Virus record (IMG/VR): IMGVR_UViG_3300017589_000221
Location: 1-37,839 of that record
DNA: 37,839 nt
DNA from: a virus
Taxonomy: Duplodnaviria > Caudoviricetes
Direction: 5' to 3' (one strand)
Shown here: positions 1 to 6,824 of the stretch, piece by piece
Layout: each line of letters opens with the position of its first letter
How positions within the stretch are numbered: the first letter of the stretch is position 1
Notes under the pieces: generated by a model
Seen by the model: only the letters and a program-made list of their open reading frames with translations
Database searches by the model: none
What the model was told of the DNA's origin: nothing
Translations under genes and position numbers: made by a program

Positions 1-69
1 AAAACGGCCTATGTAAACTGCCAAGACGACCTGAGATAACCACTCGCAACGACCTGGATTTCAATGGAA

Positions 70-99
70 AGAGGCTGCCTGATTTTTCAGGCAGCCTCT
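70..99. terminator. Rho-independent terminator hairpin, probably host-derived and bidirectional
   Basis: Perfect 13-bp inverted repeat AGAGGCTGCCTGA (70-82) / TCAGGCAGCCTCT (87-99) with a 4-nt loop; lies just downstream of the tmRNA-like 3' fragment on the minus strand. Confidence 0.85.
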
Positions 100-107
100 C
101 TGTTTCT

Positions 108-122
108 GTGGAGATGGGCGGA
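108..122 (-). other. Displaced 3' fragment of tmRNA (ssrA) or a tRNA-Ala-like gene; candidate prophage att core
   Basis: Minus strand reads TCCGCCCATCTCCAC, the T-stem 3' strand plus acceptor end typical of tmRNA; similarity stops abruptly with no T-loop, and a terminator follows. Confidence 0.65.
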
Positions 123-204
123 CTAGTTCCCCTGGGATTCGCTTTTATACTTGCTTGATTATCAATATGTAAATTTTGTGAAAACAGCCCATTTTGGATG
201 GTTA

Positions 205-223
205 CTGTCCCGATTCTGTCCCG
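205..223. repeat. Tandem direct repeat CTGTCCCG x2; candidate integrase arm-type sites
   Basis: CTGTCCCG at 205-212 and 216-223 (11-bp period), about 85 bp inside the att-like core; IHF-like TATCAAtatgTAA at 160-172 lies between. Confidence 0.5.
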
Positions 224-271
224 GCTTTAAGTGCCGTTTATGATATTATTTGTGTATTGTAGAAGATTTAT

Positions 272-300
272 CCCTTTTGAAAAATGAATTTTCAAAGGGG
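272..300 (-). terminator. Hairpin ending the leftward repressor operon
   Basis: CCCTTTTGAAAA (272-283) / TTTTCAAAGGGG (289-300), 11 of 12 Watson-Crick pairs, immediately after the stop of ORF 303..803. Confidence 0.55.
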
Positions 301-302
301 AG

Positions 303-803
303 TTATTGATCATTCTTTAAAAACTCATTATCCGGAATAAATTTTGAATTTATTTTCTTGTCCTTAAAAAATCTCATCACTGGAGCTTCGTTTATGAAGT
401 TTTCAATTGAGCTTTCGCGAAGTATTCTTAGCTCATCAAAATTAACCATCCGCTCAATGTATCCGGTCTCAGAATCTCTTAAGGTATAATCAGCATACTG
501 ATAGATATTGCCGTTTTCTTCATAGGTACACGATTGGCTGATTATATACTGGCTGAACGAAAACGGGTCAAGAAGCACATTTGCGATCTCAAGAGTAAAC
601 GTGAGGTTTTTATACTTAATTGTACCTCCTATAATGTATTGTAGCGGCTTAAATGTATATAAGTTACGTTCATCGTCAAATGACTCAGATATTAAGGCAA
701 ATAGCCTAGCACAGCTTACAGAGTACTCAACATCCAGCTTTAATGAGTTGAATGTGTCGTTTTGTTTCTCTTTCCCTTTAAAAATGTCGAAGTTTACAAT
801 CAT
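303..803 (-). CDS. Hypothetical protein (lysogeny accessory gene)
   Basis: 166-aa ORF, last gene of the leftward operon, 11 bp after the lipoprotein gene. Confidence 0.7.
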   Translation of the reverse strand: MIVNFDIFKGKEKQNDTFNSLKLDVEYSVSCARLFALISESFDDERNLYTFKPLQYIIGGTIKYKNLTFTLEIANVLLDPFSFSQYIISQSCTYEENGNIYQYADYTLRDSETGYIERMVNFDELRILRESSIENFINEAPVMRFFKDKKINSKFIPDNEFLKNDQ

Positions 804-814
804 AATATTGTTGT

Positions 815-1558
815 TTAAATATTTTTCAAGGTTTTTTGATACTCATTTGCCTTTCTGTTTTTATATACAGATTTCAATCTTTTGTATTCCTCTTCGAAAG
901 CCTTAAATGATCCTGTAATGTCTAAAATTATCAATGAATTTGAATAATAACCCATTCTACCATCTGATATCGAATAATCATAGTTTGCCTCAATTCTGTC
1001 ATTTTTCCACTTCCTTTTTTCAAAAGAGTTCAGATGAAAATTGTATTTTGAAGTTGAGTTATCCCATTTTTCAACACAGAATTTTTGCATATTTCCCTGT
1101 CCTTCCCCATACTTCATAACTAGCATCCCGATAATTTCTTCTTCGCAGAGATTTATATGAATGCCTACTAATGTGTCTTTGTAGAAAAATAAAGAAATCT
1201 GATTGATCTCAACCTCCCCAAAATAGTATTTAGATAAATAGTACTGTTTTATGATTTTACTCTCTTCGATAAAATTTGCTTCCTCATATTCAGACGAAAA
1301 ATAACCTATACGGAAATTTGGTTTCTCATCTGAATCAATATAAACGTTCTTTTCAGATTGTCTTTTCAATATTGACTTTAGGTCTTTCTCTGTTGTTTTG
1401 AGAATTTTGAATCCAGCAAATCCATTTAAATCCTTAGCCTGAATCATCATTGCCGAATCAGTTGTATTAAATGAAGCAGATTCATTTGTAATAACTTTAT
1501 CCGGATGACAAGAGCACAACACAATAATTAATGCAGAAATGATTAATAGTTTTTTCAT
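815..1558 (-). CDS. Lipoprotein, candidate superinfection-exclusion or lysogenic-conversion protein
   Basis: MKKLLIISALIIVLCSC signal peptide II with lipobox; 28 bp downstream of the repressor in the same orientation. Confidence 0.75.
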   Translation of the reverse strand: MKKLLIISALIIVLCSCHPDKVITNESASFNTTDSAMMIQAKDLNGFAGFKILKTTEKDLKSILKRQSEKNVYIDSDEKPNFRIGYFSSEYEEANFIEESKIIKQYYLSKYYFGEVEINQISLFFYKDTLVGIHINLCEEEIIGMLVMKYGEGQGNMQKFCVEKWDNSTSKYNFHLNSFEKRKWKNDRIEANYDYSISDGRMGYYSNSLIILDITGSFKAFEEEYKRLKSVYKNRKANEYQKTLKNI

Positions 1559-1586
1559 AATTTAATTTGGATGTCATTTCTTAAAA

Positions 1587-2054
1587 TTATCCTACAGAAG
1601 TGAGCTTTGAATCTACTCCTTGATGACTGATACCCCCCTCTTTCTCTCTCTCAAGCAGCAGAAGATTGGTTTTTATCAAATCTCCTAACTGCTTGTTTTT
1701 GATTCTTAATTCTTCTTTTAAGTCACTTATTTCAGCCCTCGCAGATTGATTGTCCTCTAATAATTTATTTTGCGCATCAAGATTTAAAAGTAAATCTTTC
1801 TTGTCTTGATACGTCGCTTGATTATCGTTGAGCACGCCGGAAGTTTTAATCATTTGCCCTCTTCCGGTTAGTAACCATTCAAAAGAAATATCAGTGTATT
1901 GAATTAGGATTTTTTCTAATTTATCAGTACCAATTGCACCATTATTCTTTAAAGATTTACCAAAAGAGGCATTTCCCATCCCAATGCTCTTCTCAAATGC
2001 ACTAATACTAATGCCTTTAAAATCAATATATTCTTTTAGTCTCTCTAAAATCAT
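1587..2054 (-). CDS. CI-like XRE/HTH phage repressor with C-terminal coiled coil
   Basis: ERLKEYIDFKGISISAFEKSIGMGNASFGKSLK...IGTDKLEKIL...EWLLTGRGQM is a typical Bacteroidetes phage repressor N-domain; divergent from the early operon. Confidence 0.9.
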   Translation of the reverse strand: MILERLKEYIDFKGISISAFEKSIGMGNASFGKSLKNNGAIGTDKLEKILIQYTDISFEWLLTGRGQMIKTSGVLNDNQATYQDKKDLLLNLDAQNKLLEDNQSARAEISDLKEELRIKNKQLGDLIKTNLLLLEREKEGGISHQGVDSKLTSVG

Positions 2055-2065
2055 TTTAAATAAAT

Positions 2066-2109
2066 TAGGATAAATGCTAAAATAATTTTGGAAAATAGGA
2101 AATATCCTA
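2066..2109. promoter_or_regulatory. Two 14-bp quasi-palindromic operators
   Basis: TAGGATAAATGCTA (2066-2079) and TAGGAAATATCCTA (2096-2109), 30 bp apart, between cI and cro. Confidence 0.7.
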
Positions 2110-2117
2110 TACCTTCG
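2087..2117 (+). promoter_or_regulatory. Rightward early promoter, Bacteroidetes sigma-A type
   Basis: TTTG (2087-2090), 19-nt spacer, TAccTTCG (2110-2117); the second operator fills the spacer. Confidence 0.7.
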
Positions 2118-2141
2118 TAATTGTATTCACAATCATATTCA

Positions 2142-2149
2142 CAAATATA
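2142..2149 (-). promoter_or_regulatory. Leftward (repressor) promoter -7 element
   Basis: Minus-strand TAtaTTTG matches TAnnTTTG; no clear -33 element. Confidence 0.55.
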
Positions 2150-2160
2150 GTCAGTTACAA

Positions 2161-2337
2161 ATGAACGAATATACTAAAAATATAGAATTAACCTACGGAA
2201 ATGCAAAAGTGATTGCCAAGAAAGCGAGCACAACTCCTCAGTATGTTCGTACTGTATTACACAGACACAAAAGCGGTCATCGTATATATGGCGAAAAGGC
2301 AAAAAAGATCATGAAATTATTACTAAAAGATAGTTAG
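2161..2337 (+). CDS. Cro-like small HTH protein (58 aa, not in the ORF track)
   Basis: MNEYTKNIELTYGNAKVIAKKASTTPQYVRTVLHRHKSGHRIYGEKAKKIMKLLLKDS; HTH-like IAKKASTTPQYVRTVL; first gene divergent from cI. Confidence 0.75.
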   Translation: MNEYTKNIELTYGNAKVIAKKASTTPQYVRTVLHRHKSGHRIYGEKAKKIMKLLLKDS

Positions 2338-2343
2338 CCGGAT

Positions 2344-2405
2344 AGAGCGGGGGGCGTGATGTAGTAGCGCGCCTGGATTTATCCAATAATTCCCCGCTCT
2401 TTTTT
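2344..2405 (+). terminator. Branched terminator-like RNA structure after cro
   Basis: 9-bp closing stem AGAGCGGGG/CCCCGCTCT enclosing two internal hairpins and followed by a T run. Confidence 0.65.
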
Positions 2406-2435
2406 AACTCTACTACGAACTAATTTAATACTACT

Positions 2436-2996
2436 ATGAATAATTACCAAATTGCTTTATCGTCCGTTCTGGACGACCATTCCGACAGCATTGAAGCTGT
2501 TTCAAAAGGATTAAACAAAGTTTCCGTTTTCTATCGTGGAGTCGTTTATGACTATGACAAATTACCTCTTGAGGCCCGTTTTGCTTTTGCCAGGAGCTTC
2601 CAGCCGCACATTAGTGTATATCGCTCGTTAGAAGCAAAATTCGGTGCACTGGAGGCAGAAGAGCGCCTTTGCTGGTGCTTGTATGGTTCGTTTGATTCGC
2701 ATCCGGATATCTCCTCAAACAAAGCAAATATCGAGGTCTCTTCACACTGCCTGGTATGCCAATACGAAAAACCATTCTGTCACAGGATTCTCCCTTATTT
2801 AACTCATAGACAACAAGAGTGTTTTTTGCTCATGCGAAAAGGATTGACAGATAAGGAAGTTGCAAACGAGCTGGATATTTCATTTCTGACAGTAATTAAG
2901 CACATGAATAATGCCGTTGAGAGAATCCGGATGATTCTTGGCAAGCCAGTTACTCGACAGTACATTCTAAACGACCTGGTGAATGCCGGGATTTAA
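2436..2996 (+). CDS. LuxR-type C-terminal HTH regulator with Cys-rich linker
   Basis: LTHRQQECFLLMRKGLTDKEVANELDISFLTVIKH is a LuxR HTH; CLVC...C precedes it. Confidence 0.85.
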   Translation: MNNYQIALSSVLDDHSDSIEAVSKGLNKVSVFYRGVVYDYDKLPLEARFAFARSFQPHISVYRSLEAKFGALEAEERLCWCLYGSFDSHPDISSNKANIEVSSHCLVCQYEKPFCHRILPYLTHRQQECFLLMRKGLTDKEVANELDISFLTVIKHMNNAVERIRMILGKPVTRQYILNDLVNAGI

Positions 2997-3027
2997 TATA
3001 ATAACTACTAACACTATATTTAATGCA

Positions 3028-3288
3028 ATGAAAAAGGAAGACTTAATTAAAGCTACTGAGATTCAAACAAAAATAGAAGCCATCACGACTTCAATTACAT
3101 CTGTAAAGGATGTATTAAATAAAGGTAATATGCCGGAATTGTTTTTAAAATTCAACAATCAAAAAAATCTATTGTCCCCGCTCTTTCTTGCTATTCCGGA
3201 TAACCTCTCATATAAAATTATTGATATGGTATTGTGGCAGTTGGAAGATGATCTGAAAAATTTAAATTCTCAATTTGAAAAACTATGA
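3028..3288 (+). CDS. Hypothetical phage protein
   Basis: ORF in the early operon; ATG at 3028 preferred over 2983; ATGA overlap with the next gene. Confidence 0.65.
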   Translation: MKKEDLIKATEIQTKIEAITTSITSVKDVLNKGNMPELFLKFNNQKNLLSPLFLAIPDNLSYKIIDMVLWQLEDDLKNLNSQFEKL

Positions 3289-3659
3289 CAGTACAAGAAT
3301 ATAGAGAGCTTTTAGCTCCATTGTTTCCGGCAGCGGCAAGATTCAAAGGTTTTCAAGTCGTTTGGTTTATATATAATGGTGGTATCGAAAAGGGTGTAAT
3401 AAAACGCCTTTTACAACCTCCGTCTACTCCGCCAAAGTACACGATTGCCGTTTTTGATGATGAACTTAAGCTTCACCTTCTCGTGGCACCTGAGTCAGCA
3501 ATTTTTAGTTCTCTGGAAGATCTTGCTAAATGGTGTGCAGAAAATATGACCGAATCTCACAGATATCATACACTTAAACACTATCAAAAATACTATGCCG
3601 GTATTGATGATAATATGGGAGTTGCGATTGATGAATATCTGGCTTCTAAAATGATTTAG
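3285..3659 (+). CDS. Hypothetical phage protein
   Basis: 124-aa ORF translationally coupled to the previous gene. Confidence 0.7.
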   Translation: MTVQEYRELLAPLFPAAARFKGFQVVWFIYNGGIEKGVIKRLLQPPSTPPKYTIAVFDDELKLHLLVAPESAIFSSLEDLAKWCAENMTESHRYHTLKHYQKYYAGIDDNMGVAIDEYLASKMI

Positions 3660-3686
3660 TAATTGAACTTAAAGGGAAATGATATT

Positions 3687-4454
3687 ATGCTAAACATTGA
3701 TTTTATTCAGGGTTATAAAGAAAAGAGTGTTTTTGTCTCAGAAGAAGGCATTATGTCTGTCGTGTACCTAATGGACTGCATGGATGCTCTAAAGCAAATA
3801 CCTGTGAATTTCTTCGGACTCGCAATAGTGGATCCTCCGTATGGAATTAATGCGCCAAATATGCAAATGGGTTCAGCTCCCAATCGAAACGAGAAGGGAG
3901 GATATCCAAGCGAAAGCACTGCTGTAAAACTCAGAAAAGGAAGGTTAAATTCCGTGGGCGGGCACATGAAAAACTCCACTCTTGTAAATTCTGACTGCAG
4001 TTGGGATGATGAGCAGCCAAAACCTGAATACTTCTCTGCATTAATGTCGATATCAGAAAATCAAATAATATGGGGCGGAAACTACTTTCCTCTGCCTCCT
4101 TCGCGTTGCATGATTTGTTGGGACAAATTACAACCATGGGATAATTTCTCTCAGTTTGAACTTGCATGGACTTCATTCGACAAACCAACTGCGATGTTTC
4201 GCTACTCAAACACAGGCGGATTGAACCATGAGAAAAAGATTCACCCAACACAAAAACCTATTAAATTATATGAGTGGCTGATTTCCAAATACTTCGTGGG
4301 GGGGGGTGTTATTGATACCCACTTAGGAAGTGGATCGAGTAGGATTGTAGCACATAAAGCAAAAATCCCATTTATGGCGTTTGAGATTAACGAAGAGTAT
4401 TTTAAAACATCGGTACAAAGATTTTTTAACCGACCAAGAGAATTGAATTTTTAA
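3687..4454 (+). CDS. Orphan DNA amino-methyltransferase (N6-A/N4-C family, beta class)
   Basis: Motif IV DPPY precedes HPTQKP and motif I DTHLGSGS; no restriction endonuclease nearby; start uncertain (3663, 3687 or 3753). Confidence 0.92.
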   Translation: MLNIDFIQGYKEKSVFVSEEGIMSVVYLMDCMDALKQIPVNFFGLAIVDPPYGINAPNMQMGSAPNRNEKGGYPSESTAVKLRKGRLNSVGGHMKNSTLVNSDCSWDDEQPKPEYFSALMSISENQIIWGGNYFPLPPSRCMICWDKLQPWDNFSQFELAWTSFDKPTAMFRYSNTGGLNHEKKIHPTQKPIKLYEWLISKYFVGGGVIDTHLGSGSSRIVAHKAKIPFMAFEINEEYFKTSVQRFFNRPRELNF

Positions 4455-4484
4455 AAAACATAAAAGATTAATAAGTAAAAAGTT

Positions 4485-4754
4485 ATGGCAACAATTTATA
4501 AAACTGACGGTACTGTTGAAGAAATTCAACCTAAGAACAGAAGGGACTTTAAGCTGAACGAACTTCAAGAAATAGTTGATGGCTACATAGAATTTATTTA
4601 TCTCAAAAATGAAATGGTTATGGTCGTTAATGAAGAGGGAAAGATTAATAATTTACCTCTTAATCAAAATGCTACGCTCTATGTACAAGCACATGATTTT
4701 GCCGATGTTATTGGAGGTAATGCTCTAGTTTGTAAACAGTCCGAAATTAAATAA
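4485..4754 (+). CDS. DUF3846-like phage protein
   Basis: LNELQEIVDGYIE...VVNEEGK..NLPLNQNAT...IGGNAL pattern. Confidence 0.75.
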   Translation: MATIYKTDGTVEEIQPKNRRDFKLNELQEIVDGYIEFIYLKNEMVMVVNEEGKINNLPLNQNATLYVQAHDFADVIGGNALVCKQSEIK

Positions 4755-4758
4755 TACT

Positions 4759-5052
4759 ATGGAAACAGGAGTTGAACCAAGGAGCTTGACTGCAAAAGAA
4801 AAAGCTGAAGAGTTAGTTAATAAATACAAACCTCTTGTTTATCCGTTTTCTGCAGGTAGTGGATTCCTTTCCGGAGATATCTCTGAGGAAATGATAATTA
4901 GGAACGCAAAAAAGTGTGCTCAGATTGCCGTTGATGAGATTCTTCAAACAAATCCAACGCTAAAAGGGACATCCGAAGATCTTATTACAATGATTGTTCA
5001 GACTAAAGCGTATTGGCATTCGGTAAGTATCAATATTGAAAAAATTAAATAA
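4759..5052 (+). CDS. Hypothetical Bacteroidetes phage protein
   Basis: TAKEKAEELVNKY...AKKCAQIAVDEIL...YW pattern; tightly packed in the operon. Confidence 0.7.
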   Translation: METGVEPRSLTAKEKAEELVNKYKPLVYPFSAGSGFLSGDISEEMIIRNAKKCAQIAVDEILQTNPTLKGTSEDLITMIVQTKAYWHSVSINIEKIK

Positions 5053-5059
5053 AGCAATA

Positions 5060-5296
5060 ATGGGTTATCCAGAAACACAATGCTCTGAGTACAATATCGA
5101 TGATGTTGTACCATATATCAATAGACGAGGAAACATTGCAAAATGTAAAATCAAGTCATTTCACGATGTCGGTAATGGCACGGTTTGGTTCAAAGGATTT
5201 GACATAAAAACTTTGGCAGACGTATTCTATCCTGTTCGGAAATCAATTGGTTTAGCCAAAGCAATTGATAATACCAAAAATCATGAAACTAACTAA
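5060..5296 (+). CDS. Hypothetical phage protein
   Basis: ATG 7 bp after the previous stop; 78 aa. Confidence 0.6.
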   Translation: MGYPETQCSEYNIDDVVPYINRRGNIAKCKIKSFHDVGNGTVWFKGFDIKTLADVFYPVRKSIGLAKAIDNTKNHETN

Positions 5297-5311
5297 AGAC
5301 AAATCAAGTAT

Positions 5312-5467
5312 ATGAGCGCAAATGACTCTTTAAATATAATTATCCCGGAAGATCTCCGGAAATGCAGAGAACAGGCTTTAAAACTAGCCTCTTTTGGCAG
5401 CCTTGAGGGAACAATCCCGGTAAAAATTGATAGTAGAACAACAATCTTTAAAAAGGTAAAGAAATGA
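5312..5467 (+). CDS. Small hypothetical protein (51 aa, not in the ORF track)
   Basis: MSANDSLNIIIPEDLRKCREQALKLASFGSLEGTIPVKIDSRTTIFKKVKK; fills the gap and its TGA overlaps the next ATG. Confidence 0.6.
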   Translation: MSANDSLNIIIPEDLRKCREQALKLASFGSLEGTIPVKIDSRTTIFKKVKK

Positions 5468-5955
5468 AAACTTATGTAATAATGATTTCCATGACATTTC
5501 CTGCAACTCACCCTAAAAAGGGAAAAGAGACTTTTTTTAAGGAAAGGATTCTCAAACCATTCGATGCGTTTTCGCTAGGACGGGCAGAGAAAATTCATAC
5601 TATTCGCGAAAATTATGACCTATGGAAAAAGCGGATATCGGAGGTACAAGCTGGTAAAGCAGAGTTATCCCTTCGATATTGGACAGGTAGCCCGTATAAT
5701 TCGAGGAAAGACGGGAGCAAGCAAAAAGAGTTCTTAAAGTTGACAAAGGATCATGGTGTCGGAATTCAATCGGTTACCCTTGATTTTAGAACATTTGTTT
5801 CAACAGTTGACGGCGACGGCTTTAATCAAACCATTGACCAGATTGGTAGGAATGATGGATTTCGGTCCCTCAGGGATTTCAAGGATTGGTTTGCACATTA
5901 CGATTTGACTAAGCCAATGGCAATAATCCATTTTACCCATTTTCGTTATTTATAA
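5464..5955 (+). CDS. ASCH/PUA-like phage protein
   Basis: KIHTIREN...LSLRYWTGSPY...NDGF...DFKDWF pattern. Confidence 0.65.
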   Translation: MKTYVIMISMTFPATHPKKGKETFFKERILKPFDAFSLGRAEKIHTIRENYDLWKKRISEVQAGKAELSLRYWTGSPYNSRKDGSKQKEFLKLTKDHGVGIQSVTLDFRTFVSTVDGDGFNQTIDQIGRNDGFRSLRDFKDWFAHYDLTKPMAIIHFTHFRYL

Positions 5956-5970
5956 AGCAGATTAAATACT

Positions 5971-6174
5971 ATGAAAACAACTACTCTTTTACTCATTTTA
6001 TGTCTGTGTGTCATATGCATGTTGATACTTGCCTTAAATGGAGCAATCACTTATTTCAAAGAAAAAATTAAATCTCTGGAAGATGAACTTAAAAGAAATA
6101 AAGGAATCGGGTCTGGAGTCGGAGCTGATTCAGGTAAAGAATTTCGTTACCAAGATCGCCGCTCTTCGTGCTAG
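5971..6174 (+). CDS. Small membrane-anchored protein
   Basis: Hydrophobic N-terminal helix followed by a short coiled coil; overlaps the next ORF. Confidence 0.5.
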   Translation: MKTTTLLLILCLCVICMLILALNGAITYFKEKIKSLEDELKRNKGIGSGVGADSGKEFRYQDRRSSC

Positions 6175-6478
6175 TCAAAGAGCGTACTTCCGGGATCGCC
6201 AACATAAGGATCTTGTACAATCAAAATTATGGGAAAGCGAAATTGATGCTTCACTTCCCAACATAACCAGTTCAGCAGCAAAAATTTTAACGGTAATTAA
6301 AGACATAATTGACAATGGAATTCAACCACAAACAGATACAGACAATATTGAAAGCTCTGCAAATAGCGAGCGATGTAACGAAGATTCATTTTGCACAACA
6401 GGCAGTGGCAGCCAGGATCTCTTCTCCGGAGTCGGAGATAAAAGAGAAGTTTCTATCCCAACAGGTCATTACCGTTGA
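6083..6478 (+). CDS. Hypothetical phage protein
   Basis: FVTKIAALRASQRAYFRDR...SKLWESEID resembles small Bacteroidetes phage proteins; 3' part overlaps the next ORF by 164 nt. Confidence 0.55.
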   Translation: MNLKEIKESGLESELIQVKNFVTKIAALRASQRAYFRDRQHKDLVQSKLWESEIDASLPNITSSAAKILTVIKDIIDNGIQPQTDTDNIESSANSERCNEDSFCTTGSGSQDLFSGVGDKREVSIPTGHYR

Positions 6479-6560
6479 TGCTGCTGATGAATTTGATTCG
6501 CTCATTCCGGATTTAAAAGAATTGGCCAATAGACAAAATTACTCACTCAATCAAGAATAG
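6315..6560 (+). CDS. Hypothetical phage protein
   Basis: 81-aa helical ORF ending 5 bp before the next gene. Confidence 0.55.
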   Translation: MEFNHKQIQTILKALQIASDVTKIHFAQQAVAARISSPESEIKEKFLSQQVITVDAADEFDSLIPDLKELANRQNYSLNQE

Positions 6561-6565
6561 GTGCT

Positions 6566-6814
6566 ATGACAATAATTCCTCATGATGGAAAAGAATATCG
6601 CCCGATCCTGTTTGGCAGCATAGATAGTTTTGAACCATCTGACTCTATAACATGCATTTTAGATGTCGTTCCGCCGGAGATTGATCTTTTTGGGAAAGTT
6701 GTACATCATAAAATTAAAGTTTCTGATATAAAGGGTTTTAAGGGTACTTTGATGATGACTCCTATTACTTTTCCTGAATCTCATTATAAGGCGAATAGCA
6801 AAATAATTGATTAA
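6566..6814 (+). CDS. Hypothetical phage protein
   Basis: 82-aa ORF directly upstream of the primase. Confidence 0.6.
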   Translation: MTIIPHDGKEYRPILFGSIDSFEPSDSITCILDVVPPEIDLFGKVVHHKIKVSDIKGFKGTLMMTPITFPESHYKANSKIID

Positions 6815-6824
6815 TAAGATTTAT

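Noticed and set aside
1-39. 3' end of a host CDS (KTAYVNCQDDLR*)
   Set aside because: Only 12 codons visible; too short to support
100-200. Intact tRNA or tmRNA gene
   Set aside because: Similarity ends after 15 bp; no T-loop or rest of a cloverleaf
601-1119. Plus-strand ORFs 601..906 and 934..1119
   Set aside because: Antisense shadows of the better supported minus-strand operon
3663-4754. Restriction-modification system
   Set aside because: No endonuclease-like neighbour; the methyltransferase is an orphan among small early genes
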